The notes under the pieces were generated by a model. That model did no database searches. It saw only the letters and a program-made list of their open reading frames with translations, and had not been told where the DNA came from. From Chlorokybus atmophyticus (Eukaryota > Plantae > Mesostigma and Chlorokybus algae), in contig RHPI01001819.1 of the NCBI GenBank assembly GCA_009103225.1, positions 62,001-126,000 of the forward strand: DNA of 64,000 nucleotides. The letters are read 5' to 3'. This document shows, piece after piece, positions 62,248 to 64,000 of this stretch. Made by a program: the position numbers and the translations under genes. Position 1 is the first letter of the stretch, and every line of letters begins with the position of its first letter.

Positions 62248-63023
62248 ACACTTTGGTGCCACACCACAGCGCGTCCTGGTACCCCAACTATGCCTCCACC
62301 CCCCCGACCCGGGGGGACGCCCTCACCATCTCCCCACTTTCGTCCGGCGACGTCGTGTTGAAGCCTCACCTTCTCGCACCCTGTGAGCGGTGTCTACGTC
62401 ACCAACTTCACCTCCCCTTTGACTTTCACCGTTATCGCCTACGACCTCCAAGCGTACGCCTTCCCTATACAATACGCGCAGGTGCGTGATGTGTGGGCCT
62501 GCTGACGATGTGCGTGATGCGGGAGCACACCCAAGAGAGAGAGAAACCTTAACTTGTGCTGTGTGTTGAGCAGTCAACTGTGAAGTACAGCTTCCCAAGC
62601 GTAGGCCCGTACCTGGCGGATAACGTAAGCTGATGCTAATAATGATGCGGGTCAAACCAGTCAGTCACAATGCCAGTCACTGACCCACAGGGCCTTGCGC
62701 TTGTTGTTGTAATATCACAGTGCTGTTGTGTCGCACGCTGCGTCCACTCTATGTCCCACATGGATGCATGATGACGCTGCATCCCTCCACTTGACATGAA
62801 TGCGCACACGCAGTTTGTGGATTGCTGACGGGGGAGTTTCGTGGCCAACCGTCAGGCATCGGGCAAGGTGCTGCTGCTTTCCATCCTTAACTTCCAATTC
62901 AGCAATAATAGCTCCGTCAACCTCGACGCATACTTTTTTAACCAGCTACAGGAGCCCACTACCACGGGGGGCAAAGCGGTGGGTGCTTGCACGCAATGTC
63001 CTTGCACATGCACAGCACTCCCT

Positions 63024-63231
<208 letters not shown>

Positions 63232-64000
63232 CNCCACCAACACCACCATCTCCTCCGCCTCCACCCAAGCCAGCATCACCGCCACCACCACCGCCAGCTC
63301 TCAACTTGGTGTCCACAAACATCGCCGCAATGATGCCGGCGGGCACAACTATGTACACCGCCAGCAACAGCGTGTGGCAAATAGCCAACTATGCCTACGG
63401 TATGTGTGTTAGATGAACGCAGTTGAATGTGGGTGGTGGGTATGCTGCGGTGCGGAAGCCATGCTGCGCAGCATGGCTGACATGTTGTAACGTGTGACCG
63501 CAGACATTGGGGGGAAACAACAAGACTCCTTTTAATACGTGTTACACCGGTGGAAATGGGTTTTGGTAAGTCAGGCTAGATCCTTAACTTTATCAGAGAT
63601 TTAGTGCAAAATTTGTTAGGGATTCGCAAGATCCCCAATTAATACATAGCTAGATCCCTATATAAGTTAACCTGTCACAAGCGGCCATCGACCGGTCACT
63701 TAATTTGTACCAGATCTCCAACAATGTTGAGAACCGCGCTTTACAATTGTTAACAACCACGATTGTGACCAAAACCTGTACGAATGTTTATCAAAATATT
63801 GACCACTTCCCTAACGCCATTGGGGACACGGTGGTACATTACAACGCATTTAGGTGAAGACAATGGCCGATACGAATCATTGTTGCGACCATGATTAGTT
63901 TCATCATTGATGCATGGATCAAGCAGTTATAAAGTTGTAACGTCGGTCGCTACACCGCACTATTGCCCCCCCCCCCCCCCTGCATTACTTGCNACCAGAT

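Overview
Eukaryotic, transposon-saturated window with spliceosomal GT-AG introns; a green or streptophyte alga is an inference from the DNMT-carrying Gypsy. No intact housekeeping gene is visible. Left to right: a decayed Ty3/Gypsy (1-4179); three pogo-superfamily DNA transposons and a MITE (5175-15996); then a ~32 kb nest (18208-50307). The outer element of the nest is a Ty3/Gypsy carrying a C5 cytosine methyltransferase between protease and RT and a PHD finger after the integrase. Inserted into it are a complete chromovirus (21967-27946, ATAAG TSD) and a complete 15.4 kb CACTA/CMC-type transposon with CACAC termini (28340-43785, CAA TSD). That DNA transposon encodes a Tnp2-type transposase, a possible TnpA-like gene and a long spliced SET-domain/coiled-coil gene with a Cys/His-rich N-terminus. 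It also contains about 50 copies of the palindrome GACWGTC, clustered in introns and intergenic DNA; about 2 are expected by chance. This is the best candidate for a new system: a transposon-encoded, motif-targeted chromatin modifier, analogous in logic to VANDAL/VANC or Spm TnpA. The right end holds non-autonomous CACAC relatives, L1-like and RLE-type non-LTR fragments, hairpin-rich repeats and a damaged secreted-protein gene. All domain calls come from motif recognition by eye; no database searches were run.
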